64,000 bases of DNA from Octopus vulgaris (Eukaryota): NCBI GenBank assembly GCA_951406725.2, contig OX597827.1, forward strand, positions 77,314,001 through 77,378,000, given 5' to 3'. The notes beneath the pieces are model-generated. The model saw nothing but the letters and a program-made list of their open reading frames with translations. It made no database searches and was not told the DNA's origin. Made by a program: the position numbers and the translations under genes. This document shows positions 1-13,159 of the stretch, piece after piece (the first letter of the stretch is position 1; each line of letters starts with the position of its first letter).

Positions 1-773
1 GAGAGAGAGAGAGAGAGAACCGTCTCCACCACCACCCCCTCCTCCCTGTCAGAACCGACTGAATGGAGAGATAGATGGATGGATGGATGGATGGATGGAT
101 GGCTTTCTTCTTCTTCTCTCTTTCCTTCATATAACTCCACTCGTTGTTGTTTACGTTCGATACAGCTCCGATCGAGCAGACCTACGATCAGAGACAATCT
201 AACCGTGACATTCTCGTCTTTTATTCGTGTCTTCGCGTAATGGCTGTGTGCCTAAGAAGTTTGCTTTACAACTGCGTAGTTTCGGGTTCAGTTCCGCTAC
301 GCAACACAACAGCTCGTCACAAGAAAGATATTTCGCTGTTATTGTTGTTCAGCGTCGTTGTCGTTCTCTACAAGACAATCCAGCTGTGACAATCCTGTTT
401 TTTCTTACTTATTCATATTATTTATCCAAGACAATTTACTCAATGTCTCCTTCTTTTTTCACTTTCTTTTTAAGAAAGTAAAACATGATTTAATGGTGAC
501 TTGACTTCTATTTCTAGTAGGGCGATTACGTAAATAGTCCCTCAAGCTGGCCTACAATCAAAGATATTCCAGCCGTGACAGTATCCTACTTTGGCTGTGC
601 GTGAAGAAGTTCGCTTCTCAACTACGTGGTCTGGGGTTCGATCCCGCTGCACGGCATACTTGTCTTTTCCCATAGCCTTTTGGCCGATCAAAGGTTTGTG
701 AATGAAATTTGATGGAAACTGTGAGAAGTCGTTAACGAGACTGTTCCAAGTCTTTTACGGTAAGAATTAACGC

Positions 774-1032
774 CAGTGGTTCTCAACCATTTTTTTTTTT
801 TACGTATGGATTCCTTGGGTTCCTGTTTTACTCTGGTGGACCCCTGTAACCATTAAAAAAAATCTTATGTTTTTTATAATTAAATATTATTAGGAATTAT
901 ATAAAAAGAACTTGTTAAAATATTTTGTGTATAGTAAAAACCTAATCAATTTATTGCACGTAAATTTTAACAATAAAAATCTTATATGACCCCACCCCCA
1001 GGCGTCATATGGATTCCACTTGAGAATCACTC
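774..1032. mobile_element. hAT (Charlie-like) MITE
   Basis: CAGTGGTTCTCAA...TTGAGAATCACT termini; homologous inverted copy at 44225-44487. Confidence 0.6.
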
Positions 1033-1276
1033 AGTTAACCTGTCAGTTGTCCACCCTGCTGCAAACACTTGAGCCAGGACCCACTTCCGATAGGATTCTT
1101 CTTTCATGTTTCACAATCTTAAAGATCCCAGGAAAAATAAAAATAAAGACAAAATGGTCAGAGCCACTCCCCTTCCTTGGGTCAGTCTAAATGACCAGAC
1201 TCCTTCTCCATCAAAACTGAGGCCTTGTGCTTCTGTAAGGAATCAATATGGGGCGACCTGAGAATTTCCATAGGGG

Positions 1277-1675
1277 TAGGAATGGCTGTGTGGTAAGAAG
1301 CTTGCTTACCAACCACATCGTTCTGGGTTCAGTCCCACTGCATGGCACCTCGGGCAAGTGTCTTCTTCTATGGCCTCGGGACGACCAAAGCCTTGTGAGT
1401 GGATTTGGTGGACAGAAACTGAAAGAAGCCTGTCGTATATGTATGTGTGTGTGTGTGTGTGTGTGTGTTTGTGTTTGTCCCCCATCACTGTTTGACAACT
1501 GGTGTTGGTGTGTTTACATTCCTGTAACTTGACAGTTCAGCAAGAAGAGACCAACAGAATAAGAACCTGTCTTAAAAGAAAAAAAAAGTGTGCTGGGGTC
1601 AACTCATTCAACTAAAAACTCTTCAAAGCAGTGCTCCAGCATGGCCGCAGTCTAATGACTGAAACAAGTAAAAAA
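1277..1675 (+). mobile_element. tRNA-derived SINE family A (CORE-like GGGCAAGTGTCTT domain, internal TA/TG microsatellite)
   Basis: A-box TGGCTGTGTGG, B-box-like GGTTCAGTCCC; more than 10 similar copies in the window. Confidence 0.85.
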
Positions 1676-1755
1676 ATAAATAAAAGACCAGCTCTGATAC
1701 ATCCTGTCTTGGCTGTCAACAAACAACAACAACAGCACAACACTCCCCTCAGGGG

Positions 1756-2085
1756 ACTTCTTCCTTCCTTTCTTTCTCTCTTCCTTCCTTTCTTTCTCTC
1801 TTCCTTCCTTTCTTTCTCTCTTTCTTGCTTTCTTTCTCTCTTTCTTGCTTTCTCTCTCTCTTCCTTCCTTCGTTTCTCTCTTTCTCTCTCTCTTTGTATC
1901 TTCCTTCCTTCCTCTCTCTTTCTTTCTTTCTCTCTCTGCCTCTTTCTTTCTGTCTATCTTTCTCTCTCTCCCTTCTTTCTTTCATTCATTCTTTCTCTCC
2001 CTCTCTCTCTTTCTTTCTTTCTCTCCCTCTCTTTCTTCATTTCTCTTCCTTTCTTTCTCTCTCTTCCTTCCATCCTCCTTTTTTT
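1756..2085. repeat. (CT/CTTT)n polypyrimidine low-complexity tract
   Basis: Direct inspection. Confidence 0.95.
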
Positions 2086-2450
2086 TCCTACCGTTTTGTC
2101 CTATGTTTTTCTTTACACTTGCCAAGAGGTAAGACATCGATTAACTTTCAATATTCTGGGAAGTGGAGGTGGGCATGGTTGGATGGAGATAATAAATTAT
2201 GAAAATTAGGACCTGGAGGAGAAGATTAACATAAGGGATCATGTGTCTCACTGTTGTCATTTAGCCCTAGGTCAGACTTGATCTAGGAGACCAATCATCA
2301 AGTGTATCTAAGACTACATTCTCAAATGTGTCCCTTTTTTAAATGGGAGTGTATGTATTTGAGGGAGACTTAGTTGTCATTTCTAGCAGGTTGGTTAACT
2401 TACAAAGAGGTTTTCTGTTGGTTTTGTAAAATACCCTGTACTGGAGGTAG

Positions 2451-2935
2451 TTATGAGGGTGGTGAAAATATTGATGGTGACAAAGGAGATGATGTTGATG
2501 ATGATGACGATGATGCTGGTGGTGGTGGTGGTGGTGGTGAGAGTGATGATGATGCTGGTAGTGGTGGTGGTGGTGAGAGTGATGATGATGATGGTGGTGG
2601 TGGTGGTGGTGATGACGGTGATGCTGGTAGTGGTGGTGGTGGTGGTGGTGATGGTGTTGAGGGTAATGGTAATGGTGGTAGCGATGATGATGATAGTAGT
2701 GGTGGTGGTGAGAGTGATGATGATGATGATGGTGGTTCTAGTAGCGGTGATGATGAAGATAATGATGATGATAATGTCAACAATAGTGGTAGCGGTGATG
2801 GTGGTGGTGATGATGATGATGATGTTAGTGATAGTACTGATAATAATGATGACGATGACGGTGGTGATGACGATGAGGATGGTGGTGATGCTGATGACGA
2901 TGGTGGTGATGCTGACGATGATGACAATGATGCTT
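2451..2935. repeat. (GGT/GAT)n trinucleotide low-complexity tract
   Basis: Direct inspection; a similar tract at 62686-62855. Confidence 0.95.
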
Positions 2936-3094
2936 GTAGTTGGCTGGCTCAAATGTCCAACAGTAAACTGGAAGGATTTCCCTCAAAATCTTGACCCAAC
3001 CTCAGTAAACTTCAACACAGCAAGTTCCAAAATGATTTAAATTACGGTCATTGTCCAGAAACAGCTCCAGGTTTAACTACACATTGTAAAAAGC

Positions 3095-3760
3095 ATTACT
3101 TAGGGCCTTTTGGGGGTCAGTAAAATAAGTATGATCTGAGCTCTTGGGTCAATGAAGTTGATTTACCTGCCCCCCCCCTCCAAAATTGCTGGCCTTGTGC
3201 CAAAATATGAAACCAGTATTGCTTTTGTTAGAAAGGTGTCAAACTGGCAGAATCGTTAGCATGCCCGGTGAAATGCTTAGCGCCTGTCTTTGCATTCTGA
3301 GTTCAATTTCTGCAGGGGTTGACTTTGTCTTTCATCCTTTCAGGGCTTATAAAATAAGTACCAGTTGACTACTGGTGCCAGTGTAATTGACATGCCCCAT
3401 CCCACCAAATTGCTGGCCTTGTGCCAAAATTTGAAATCAATATTATATTCACTTGTAAGGCAGGGAGCTAGCAGACTTGTAACCATGCTGGAAAAATTAC
3501 TTAGCAACATTCTGTCCATCCTTACATTTCGGGGTCCATAAAATAAGTAGTGGGGTCAGAATTACCACATCCTCTGAAATTGCCGGCCTTGTGCCAAAAA
3601 TTTGAAAGCAGTATTATATTCACTTGTAAGGTGGTAAGGTTGTTATGATGACAGAAAAAAGGCTTAACGGTTTTTCTTCCGATTTCTCCTCCTGAGTTCA
3701 AATACCACCAGGGTTGACTTTACCTTTTACTCTTTCGGGGTCAATAAAATAAAGACCAGT
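3095..3760 (+). mobile_element. Cluster of SINE family B fragments (tRNA head plus GCCTTTCATCCTTTCGGGGTCGATAAA central domain, Meta-like)
   Basis: Repeated GAGTTCAAATT B box and GGCCTTGTGCCAAAA tails. Confidence 0.7.
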
Positions 3761-3761
3761 T

Positions 3762-4369
3762 GGGATCCACAGAGGGGATGACAGGGGACTGAGATTCCTG
3801 GGACCCACAAAGGGGATGACAGGGGATCAAGATTCCTGGGATCCACAGAGGGGATGACAGGGGACTGAGATTCCTGGGACCCACAGAGGGGATGATAGGG
3901 GACCGAGATTTCTGGGATTTACAGAGGGGATGACAGGGGACCGAGATTCCTGGGATCCACAAAGGGGATAACCGAGGACCGAGATTCCTGGGATCCACAG
4001 AGGGGATGAAAGGGGACTGAGATTCCTGGGATCCACAGAGGGGATGACAGGGGACTGAGATTCCTGGGATCCACAGAGGGGATGACAGGGGATCGAGATT
4101 CCTGGGATCCACAGAAGGGATGACAGGGGACCGAGATTCCTGGGATCCACAGAGGGGATGACAGGGGACCGAGATTCTTGGGATCCACAGAGGGGATGAC
4201 AGGGGACCAAGATTCCTGGGATCCACAGAGGGGATAGCAGGGGACCGAGATTCCTGGGATCCACAGAGGGGATGGCAGGGGACCGAGATTCCTGGGATCC
4301 ACAGAGGGGATGACAGGGGACCGAGATTCCTGGGATCCACAGAGGGGATGACAGGGGACCGAGATTCCT
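3762..4369. repeat. 38-bp minisatellite, 16 copies
   Basis: Unit GGGATCCACAGAGGGGATGACAGGGGACCGAGATTCCT; the last unit starts at 4332 = 3762 + 15x38. Confidence 0.95.
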
Positions 4370-4980
4370 GGTGGTTTGCTGTGCTTGAAAAGACATTTCA
4401 AGCTAAGTATAAGCATGGTTGCCCTTGGATACAGGCCTGTCCCCTGCAACCCTTTTCAGCTGAGCATCCCTAATCTTGCAGATTCATAGGTGATGGGGCC
4501 ACATAAAAATCCCCTGAGCCATTGCTGCATAAAAAGCAGCCAGTATACTCTGTAAAGGGGATGGTATTAGGGAGGGCATCCAGCTGTAGAAGCCATGGAA
4601 CCTGGACGCTCCTGTCAAACTGTCCAACCCATGCCAGCATGGAACATGAATGTTAAACGATGATTATTAAACTCTGGGGTTGACTTAATTAACTCATCTC
4701 CCCACCCCTCACCTGCAGGCCTTGTGTCAAAACTTGAAACTAATATTACATTCACCTGTAATATTTTTCAACTGTTTTATAAGTATCCTGTGTAGTTCTG
4801 ATTAGAATTGAACCTAAACTTTTTGGCACACAGCTCAAACCGCTAAGCCAAAGTATTTTTGATATTTGTGTTCTTGCTTAGAAAACAAGGAAAATTCTAA
4901 TTTTATGAAACCAGAATTGTCCATTGGACACCCCAGGATGACGAAACATTAAACTTAATTTATTTGCTCTGGTTGTTATC

Positions 4981-5203
4981 TTATTTCTTTATTGCCCACA
5001 AGGGGCTACACACAGAGGAGACAAACAAGGACAAACGGATTAAGTCGATTATATTGACCCCAGTGCGTAACTGGTACTTATTTAATCGACCCCCGAAAGG
5101 ATGAAAGGCTAAATCAACTTCGGTCGAATTTGAACTCAGAACTCAGACGAAATACTGCTTAGCATTTCACCCGGCAAGCTAAGGTTTCTGCCAGCTCGCT
5201 GCC
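4981..5203 (-). mobile_element. SINE family B
   Basis: Complete copy with the CCCCTTGTGGG tail. Confidence 0.8.
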
Positions 5204-6465
5204 TATTATCTTAATATATAAAATACCCTATGTATGTGTCCTCAATCTACGCTCAAATGTCTCGATCAATCTGTACCATACTTGGGGTACATGAATAATT
5301 TGATCTTGGAAAGAATAATTTATTATATTACAAATTCAAAATCTTAACGAACCATTGCTTTAAACTGTGTATAGTTTGGGGACCCCTCATTAAAAAGTTA
5401 CCCCAGGTCACACAAAAATTGAAAACATATTTCTTTTGTAGACCATGGGGCCACAAAGTCAATCAAATCAACCCCATAATGGTGAAGGCACGCGGCCTAG
5501 TGGTTAGGATGTTGCACTGATGATTACGGTTTCAATTCACAGATTTGGTGGTGGTGCATTGTGTTCGCGATCAAAACTCTTCATTTCATGTTGCCTCAGT
5601 CCACTCAGCTGTAAATGAGTCACTCTACAATGGACTGACATCCCATCCAGGGGCAATGTTGCGATCTCAGTCACGGAGACACCATGGAAACCGGGTAATT
5701 GGCTCTCAGAGTCCCAGGACTCGGTGATTAACAATGATGATGATGATGATGATGATGACTACATGACTGGTACTTTATCAACCTCAGAAGCATGAAAGGA
5801 GAAGTTCACCTGGGCAGGATCTCAACTCACAATATAAAAATTCGGAAAAATAGCACAAAGTATTTTGTCAGATGCGCCAACAGTTCCACCATTTCACTAA
5901 TTTAGGAACAAGACTGGAAAACTGAGGAAGAGGATAGCTGATTAAATCAGCCCTAGCATATAACTGGTGTGGAGGTGCGTGGCTTAGTGGTTAGGGTGTC
6001 AGCATCATGATCGTAAGATTGTGGTTTCGATGCCTGGACCGGGCAATGCGTTGTGTTCTTGAGCAAAACACTTCATTTCACGTTGCTCCAGTCCACTCAG
6101 CTGGCAAAAATGAGTAACGCTGCAATGGACTGGTGTCCCGTCCAGCTGGGGAACACATATGTCATAGAAACCGGGAAACCGGGGCCATGAGCCTGGCTAG
6201 GCTTGAAAAGGGCGCATAAATAAAAATAACTGTTAATTTCTAGAATGATATTGTATGATTGGTACAAAAGGCCAGATCTGGCCAGTTTTAACATATAACA
6301 GGAACAATATTTTGGCTGGAGTTGGCCGGTTTAAATTCTAAAGGGTTAAATTAAAACCTTCCCTATAATTTCCATGTTAATTTATGTTCCAAATGCTAGT
6401 TTAATAATGACAAAATTATTTTACTAAATTAACTGAAACCAAGTCAGTGTATTTCAACGGAAATA

Positions 6466-6836
6466 TTCTTTTATTTGTTTCAGTCATTTAGCTGTGGCCA
6501 TGCTGGAGCACCACATTTAGTCAAACAAATCGACCCCAGGAATTATTCTTTGTAAGCTTAGTACTTATTCTATCAGTCTCTTTTGCTGAACTGCTAAGTT
6601 ACGGGGACGTAAACACACCAACATCAGTTGTCAAACGATGGTGCGGGGACAAACATAAATACACACACACATATATATGATGGGCTTCTTTCAGTTTCCA
6701 TCCACCAAATCCACTCACAAAGCTTTGGTCGGCCTGAGGTTATAGTAGAAGACATTTGCCCAAGGTGTCATGCAATGGGACTGTACCCAGAACCGGGTGG
6801 TTGATAAGCAAGCTACTTACCACACAGCCATGCCTG
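6466..6836 (-). mobile_element. SINE family A
   Basis: Reverse complement of the family A consensus. Confidence 0.85.
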
Positions 6837-6933
6837 TAACAAAAGGATTAGTCATCTAAATTAAAATTTTCCTTCAACATTTCATGTTAATTTCTATTCC
6901 AAACACCACCTTATTAATAACAAAGTTTATTAA

Positions 6934-7154
6934 CCCTTTCGTTATTAACTTGGCTGAAACCATCTCTGGCTCTGAGTACAAATATCTTGTTTTCATAAGT
7001 TTTGAATTAAAATCTTCCACCAAACTTTAGTCACAATTTATGTTCCTAACACTAGCTGAATGATAACTAAGTTTATTTTACTAAATTATTTGTTATATTT
7101 AAAGTAAATAAAAGAAACACAGAGCATCTCAACAGAAATATGGTAACAAAAGTG
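6934..7154. mobile_element. piggyBac-type MITE
   Basis: TTAA|CCCTTTCGTTA...TAACAAAAGTG|TTAA. Confidence 0.6.
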
Positions 7155-7185
7155 TTAAAATATATAATAGAGAAACAATTCTTAA

Positions 7186-7386
7186 CCCTTTCGTTACCAA
7201 CCTGGCTGAAATCGTTTCTGGCTCTGAGTACAAATCTCTTGTTTTCATCCACCAAACCTTAGTCGCAATTTATGTTCCTAACACTGGTTGAATGATAACC
7301 AAATTATTTTACTAAATTCTTTGTCATGTTTAAAATTAATCGAAAGAAACACAGAGCATCTCAAAAGAAATACAGTAACGAAAGGG
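7186..7386. mobile_element. piggyBac-type MITE (adjacent sister copy)
   Basis: TTAA|CCCTTTCGTTAC...GTAACGAAAGGG|TTAA; internal sequence similar to 6934-7154. Confidence 0.7.
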
Positions 7387-7567
7387 TTAAATTGTTCATT
7401 ATTCTCAGAATTAGCTGAAACAAAAGCAGTGCATTTCAAGAGAGATAGAGTAAGAAATGGGTTAAAAGCATTGCAGCAGTGAACAGGACATCTTGGTTCC
7501 CAAGTACAGATATTTTGTCTAACACTCTACTAATTATAATAGCTAGTAGGACCCGTGAATATTTCTC

Positions 7568-7731
7568 AGGAGTGGCTGTGTGGTAAGTAGCTTGCTTACC
7601 AACCACAAGGTTCCAGGTTCATTCCCACTGTGTGGCACCTTGGGCAAGTGTCTTCTACTATAGCCTCGGGCCGACCGAAACCTTCAGTGGATTTGGTAGA
7701 CGGAAACTGAAAGAAGCCCGTCGTATATATG

Positions 7732-7782
<51 letters not shown>

Positions 7783-7975
7783 TTGCCCCCCCCCCCACAT
7801 CGCTTGACAACCGATGTTGGTGTGTTTTACGTCCCCGTAACTTAGTAGTTCGGCAAAAGAGACCGACAGAATAAGTACTAGGCTTCCATAGAATAAGTCC
7901 TGGGGTCGATTTACTCGACTACAGGCAGTGCTCCAGCATGGCCGCAGTCAAAATGACTGAAACAAGTAAAAGAGA
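7568..7975 (+). mobile_element. SINE family A
   Basis: Full-length copy. Confidence 0.85.
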
Positions 7976-8259
7976 ATTAATAGTAAGCTTATTGGGTTAT
8001 TTCTGAAAACTTCATGCAAAACACCTGTAAGCATGGCCTGTGTTGTGTCGGTATCAAAAGATAATTGCTCATCTACTAATAATTGAAAACAGAAAGAAAT
8101 TGGTTACTTAATTCACAATTTTATAGACTTTAATATACAGCACTCTCCCTCATTTACTCTCCCTTTCTTTCACTCTTTCCTTTCCCTTCAATTAATCATG
8201 TGAAAGCATTACAGATGGGCTAAGTGATGGAGGAAAAAACTTAGTTCAAAAGAAAATAT

Positions 8260-9615
8260 TTTATTTCTTTATAGCCCACAGGGGCCTAAACATAGAGGGG
8301 ACAAATAAGGACAGACAAAGGGATTAAGTCAATTACATCGACCCCTTGTTTGTCCCATTGTGGGTAGTAAAGAAATATATATCGACTCCAGTGATTTACT
8401 GGTACTTATTTAATCGACCCCGAAAGGATGAAAGGCAAGCTGACCTCAGAATTTAAACTCAGAATGTAAACGTGGACGAAATACCACTAAGTAGTTTGTC
8501 TGGCATGTTGCCATAATAAATATACTTCTTTCTACAACAGGCAGACGGCCTGAAATTTGGGGGCAACAGGTTAGCCGATTACATCGACCCTGAAAGGATG
8601 AAAGGCAAAGTTGACGTTGAAATTTAAACTTAGAACATGAAAACAGATAAAATACTGCTAAGCGTTTTCCACCTTAATAATAATAATATATTCTATTAAA
8701 GGCACAAGGCATGGAGGGAGCAAAGCGATTGCATTTTTGAGCTCAGTGTTTCACCAGTTCTTATTTCATTGACCCTGAAAGGACGAAAGGTAAAGTCAAC
8801 CCCAGCAGGGTTTGAACTCAGAGCATAAAGATTAATCATTTTGTCAGGAGCACTAACGTTTCTGCCAGCTCACCACCTTAATAATAATAATAATCCTATT
8901 ATAGGCACAAGGCCTGAAATTTTGGTGGGGAAGGGGTTTAGTTGAATATATCGACCCCAGTGTTTCACTGGTACTTAATTTATCGACCCTGAAAGGATGA
9001 AAGGCAAAGTTGACCTCGGCAGAATTTGAACTCAGAACGTAGCAATGGGCAAAATACCGCTAAACATTTTGTCGCCTGAAATCTGGGTGGGGGACACACA
9101 ACTTGACTACATCGACCCCAGTGTTTCACTGGTACTCAATTCATCGACTCCAAATGGATGAAAGACAAAAGTCAACCTTGGCAGAATTTGAACTCTGAAA
9201 ATGAAGACAGTTGAAATGGGTCTGGGACATTTAGCCCTGAGGATAACAGATGATGATTTAAAACTTCTTAAATGTATTGGAGAGGGGGTAATCAGCCAAG
9301 GGAGTAACTGTCCCTGGGGGTAGTTGTCATCAGCGGGGGAGGGATTGTCCTATGGGGGGATAATTGTCTTGATATGGACGCAATACCTATTTCTTTACTA
9401 CCCACAAGGGGCTAAACACAGAGGGGACGAACAAGGACAAACGGATTAAGTCGATTATATCGACCCCAGTGCATAACTAGTACTTATTTAATCGACCCCA
9501 AAAGGATGAAAAGCAAAGTCAACCTCGGTGGAATTTGAACTCAGAACGTAGCGGCAGACGAAATACCTTTAAGCATTTTGCCCCGCATGCTAACAACTCT
9601 GCCAGCTTGCTGCCT
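8260..9615 (-). mobile_element. Cluster of ~6 SINE family B copies
   Basis: Repeated GACCCCGAAAGGATGAAAGGCAAAGT..GAACTCAGAA blocks. Confidence 0.8.
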
Positions 9616-10150
9616 TAATAAACAACATTATCATCATCGTTTAACATCTGCTTTCCTTGCTAGCATGGGTTGGCCGATTTGACTGAGGACTGGTGAACCA
9701 GATGGCTGCAATCTTGATCTGGCAGAGTTTCTACAGCTGGATGCCCTTCCTAATGCCAACCACTCCGAGAGTGTAGTGGGTGCTTTTACGTGCCACCGGC
9801 ATGAGAACAGTTAGTAATGTAGACACAAGGCCAGCAATTTTTGAGGGGAAGGAATAGGCTGTTACCATCAACTCTAGTTCTTGACTGAAGTTTTTTGTCA
9901 ACCCTGAAACGATGAGAAGCAATGGTGACCTTCACAGGATTTCAATGCAGAAACAAGTCGGAACGTGCCCTAAAATATTATGCTCAATCCTCTCCTATGA
10001 TCTTACCATGCCATTCACCATCGAAAACAATTTAAGGAAACAAAGAAAATACATTCACCCCCAACATGACAATTTTTGCTGTTTTGTATCCACTGAAAGA
10101 AAACAGTAAAATAGTAAAACAAGAAAAATATACAAAAAAAGAAACATTAA

Positions 10151-10371
10151 CCCTTTAGCATTGAGATTTCTCTGTCAAATGTCATGTTTCTTCATTAAAA
10201 TTACTTCTAATTCATTAGGCATTATTTTGTAGCTTTGAAATTACAATGATGTGATTGTTTATTTTGAAAATGACATTTTAGGGTAGGTGTGAGAGGCTGG
10301 ATCTGGCTGGTTTGAACATAAAAAAGGGAGAATATTTGGGACCAGTAAGGGCTGGTTTAAATGCTAAAGGG
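10151..10371. mobile_element. piggyBac-type MITE, second family
   Basis: TTAA TSDs and a perfect 12-bp TIR CCCTTTAGCATT/AATGCTAAAGGG. Confidence 0.7.
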
Positions 10372-10761
10372 TTAAAAAATAAAAGACCAAACAAAGAAGA
10401 TCAACATTTTTCTTTTCTTTTTTTTTTTTAAATCAGAATCTGAATTTTAATTTAAAATTTCATTTATCGATCTCATTGAAATTTCAGTCCATTTTATAAT
10501 TTCAAATCTGCAACATTTTTTCCAAACATAGACACAAAAAAAAAAAAAAGTTTTCATTATTTTTATGAAAATACACAATGTTGATTGTTGAAGTTATAAA
10601 AAACACATTTGCTGTTGTTAATAGGTTTGTCTTTGTTTTAAATAACGGTCAGAAGATGAGTGTTTAGCCCCAGACAGAACAAATGAGAAGTAAATCTTCC
10701 CCTGGATAAGAAGCTAAACTAACTCAACTAACATTCCCTAGAAAACCATGTATATGTGTGT

Positions 10762-10802
<41 letters not shown>

Positions 10803-11504
10803 GGGAAAGTGTGTGGTTCAGTAATCTGGCTCACAATTGTTTTGTCCTTGAGCAAGACACTTTGTTTCACGTTGCTCCAGTCCACTCTGCTGGCAAAAAT
10901 GAGTAGTACCTGTATTTCACAGGGCCAGCCTTGTCCCTCTGAATCACCCTAGGTATGTGTGTCTGTGGAGTGCTCAGCCACTTGCACATTCATTTCCCAA
11001 GCGGGCGGTTCCATTGGTCAGATGAACCGGAACCTTTGTCGTTGTAGCCAAGTGCCAAAATATGTATATACATATATATATCATCATCGTCGTCGTTTAA
11101 CGTCCACCTTCCATGCTAGCATGGGTGGGATGGTACCGCAAGAACCAGCCAGGCTGAAGCCTGCACCAGACTTCTGTGACTGTTTTGGCAGGATTTTTAC
11201 AGCTGGATGCCCTTCCTGACACCAACCACTAACGTATGTGTGTGTAATTGTGTATGTATAGTGTTTTATTGAAACAGAAAAAACTTCTCAACTGTCTGAC
11301 GATTGTTACATGAAACTCTGAGTAACAGCCATGTAAAGTCTTTTAAGCTTCAATGAAATCTTTTATTCCATCTTTGGTATTTCAAGAACCATTTCCCCAT
11401 CTTTGCTTTTCCCCTGTGGACTTCCATACGTGGGCACATTGGCACGGGTGTGGGAGTGAGCATGTTTATATGAGTGTTGTGGAGGGAAAAATTGGGACAA
11501 TGTT

Positions 11505-11618
11505 GTTCCAGGTTCAGTCCCACTGCATGGCACCTTGGACAAGTGTCTTCTACTATAGGCTTGGGTCGACCAAAGCCCTGAGAGTGGATTTGGCAGACGG
11601 AAACTGAAAGAAGCCTGT

Positions 11619-11655
<37 letters not shown>

Positions 11656-11863
11656 ATCTTTTTATCTATGGCCCAGCATCCGTTGACAACTGGTTTGATG
11701 TATTTATGACCTGTAACTTAGCAGTTTGGTAATAGAGACTGATAGAATAATTACCAGGCTTGAAAAAAAAGAAATAGTAATTGGGTCAATTTATTTGACT
11801 AAAAGTCCTTCTTGGCAGTGCCCCAGCATGGCCACAGTCTAATGACTGAAACAAGTAAAAGAA
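11505..11863 (+). mobile_element. SINE family A (5'-truncated)
   Basis: Matches the consensus from the B box onward. Confidence 0.8.
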
Positions 11864-12350
11864 AAGTATACTGACCATTCACCTGTCAAGTGGCACCTGT
11901 TGTCAGCCAGTCTGACTGAGACATAGTGTATGTACTGTGTGTGTATATGTAGGTGTGTATGTGTGTCAGCATTTATGTTTACACCGGTCTAAAATCCACT
12001 GATATTCAAGTTGTGTCCGTTTGTCTCCTGTAACTTAGCAGTTCAACAAGTGGAGCAGGACAAAATAAGTATTAGGGTTGATATGACAGACTAAACCCAT
12101 AAAGGTGGTGCCCCAGTATGGCCACGGTCCAATGAAGGAAAACAGTAAAAGAATATACAAATGTGTATGTGCAAGCATGCCTTCATACACACGCACACTT
12201 TGATGTGAGCCAATGCAACAGGCTGATGACTGCAAGGTTTTCAGTTCAATTCCAGCTCACAGAAATAAAGGAGTTTTTTCTTTGAGGTTTTTTTACTTTT
12301 ATTCTTAAATCCAAAGCAGTTTCCATTCCAAAGAACTCTTTTTTTTTTAA

Positions 12351-12553
12351 CCCTTTTGTTACCATATTTCTGTCTTGGTTCCAATTAATTTTGAAAATAA
12401 AGAAGAATTTAGTAAAATAATTGTTTCATTAAGTTATAGTTTAGAACAGAAATCAACAGTAAATTTCTCTGGTAGGTTTTGACTTAGATCATCCTTAAAA
12501 TAGTTTTTATTGCAGAACCAGGGGTAGTTTCGGGTGGGTTGGTATCAAAAAGG
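12351..12553. mobile_element. piggyBac-type MITE (diverged; reverse orientation of the 6934 family)
   Basis: TTAA|CCCTTTTGTTACC...GGTATCAAAAAGG|TTAA. Confidence 0.55.
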
Positions 12554-13159
12554 TTAAAATTTGTCTTAGGGAATCTTCTCAATCTTGTCACTGTTTAACC
12601 CCAGGCCAGCAATGATTTAGGAAACTCATGATCAAAGGTGTAAAAGCTTTGATTATCTCATCTTTGTGTTATGTCAAAGTGTAATGAGGACTGCATCCTC
12701 CAATCTCGCTTTCCTTTTTAAAATTGCGAGGGGGGTTGGAGGAAATTTGGCTGCTATTTCTAGCATTTAGAGTGACCATACTGAGGTTCCACATGCTGGA
12801 CATTGAACCAGCAATTAAGATGGTGGATAACGAATTAGGATGCTATTTCGTTTTGTTTTTTTTTAGTTTTATTATTATTTTAATAAGGAAAATATCTCAA
12901 AAAAGAGAAACAGTAAACAAGTCAATGGCTTTTACTTTAATTCATATTCATGTGTGGATTTGTGTGTGTTGGTTTTTCTCAGGAATCAACAAACTGAGTC
13001 ACTGTTGATACAGGTATTGGAGTTAAGGTCTTTACAGAGAATAGAGATTAAAAAAAAAAAATATTCATTAAACAGGTTATTGAAATGATGTCTCAAGTTT
13101 TTATGTGGACAATCGAATAGAGGTCTTAAATGTTTGCACAAATAACTGAATTCAAAAAT

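Noticed and set aside
2374-3040. Gly/Asp-rich 206-aa ORF and overlapping frames
   Set aside because: A trinucleotide repeat open in several frames, with a non-ATG start and no domain.
3762-4369. CRISPR-like array and 176-199-aa ORFs
   Set aside because: Contiguous 38-bp units with no unique spacers, eukaryotic context and no cas genes; the ORFs are repeat translations.
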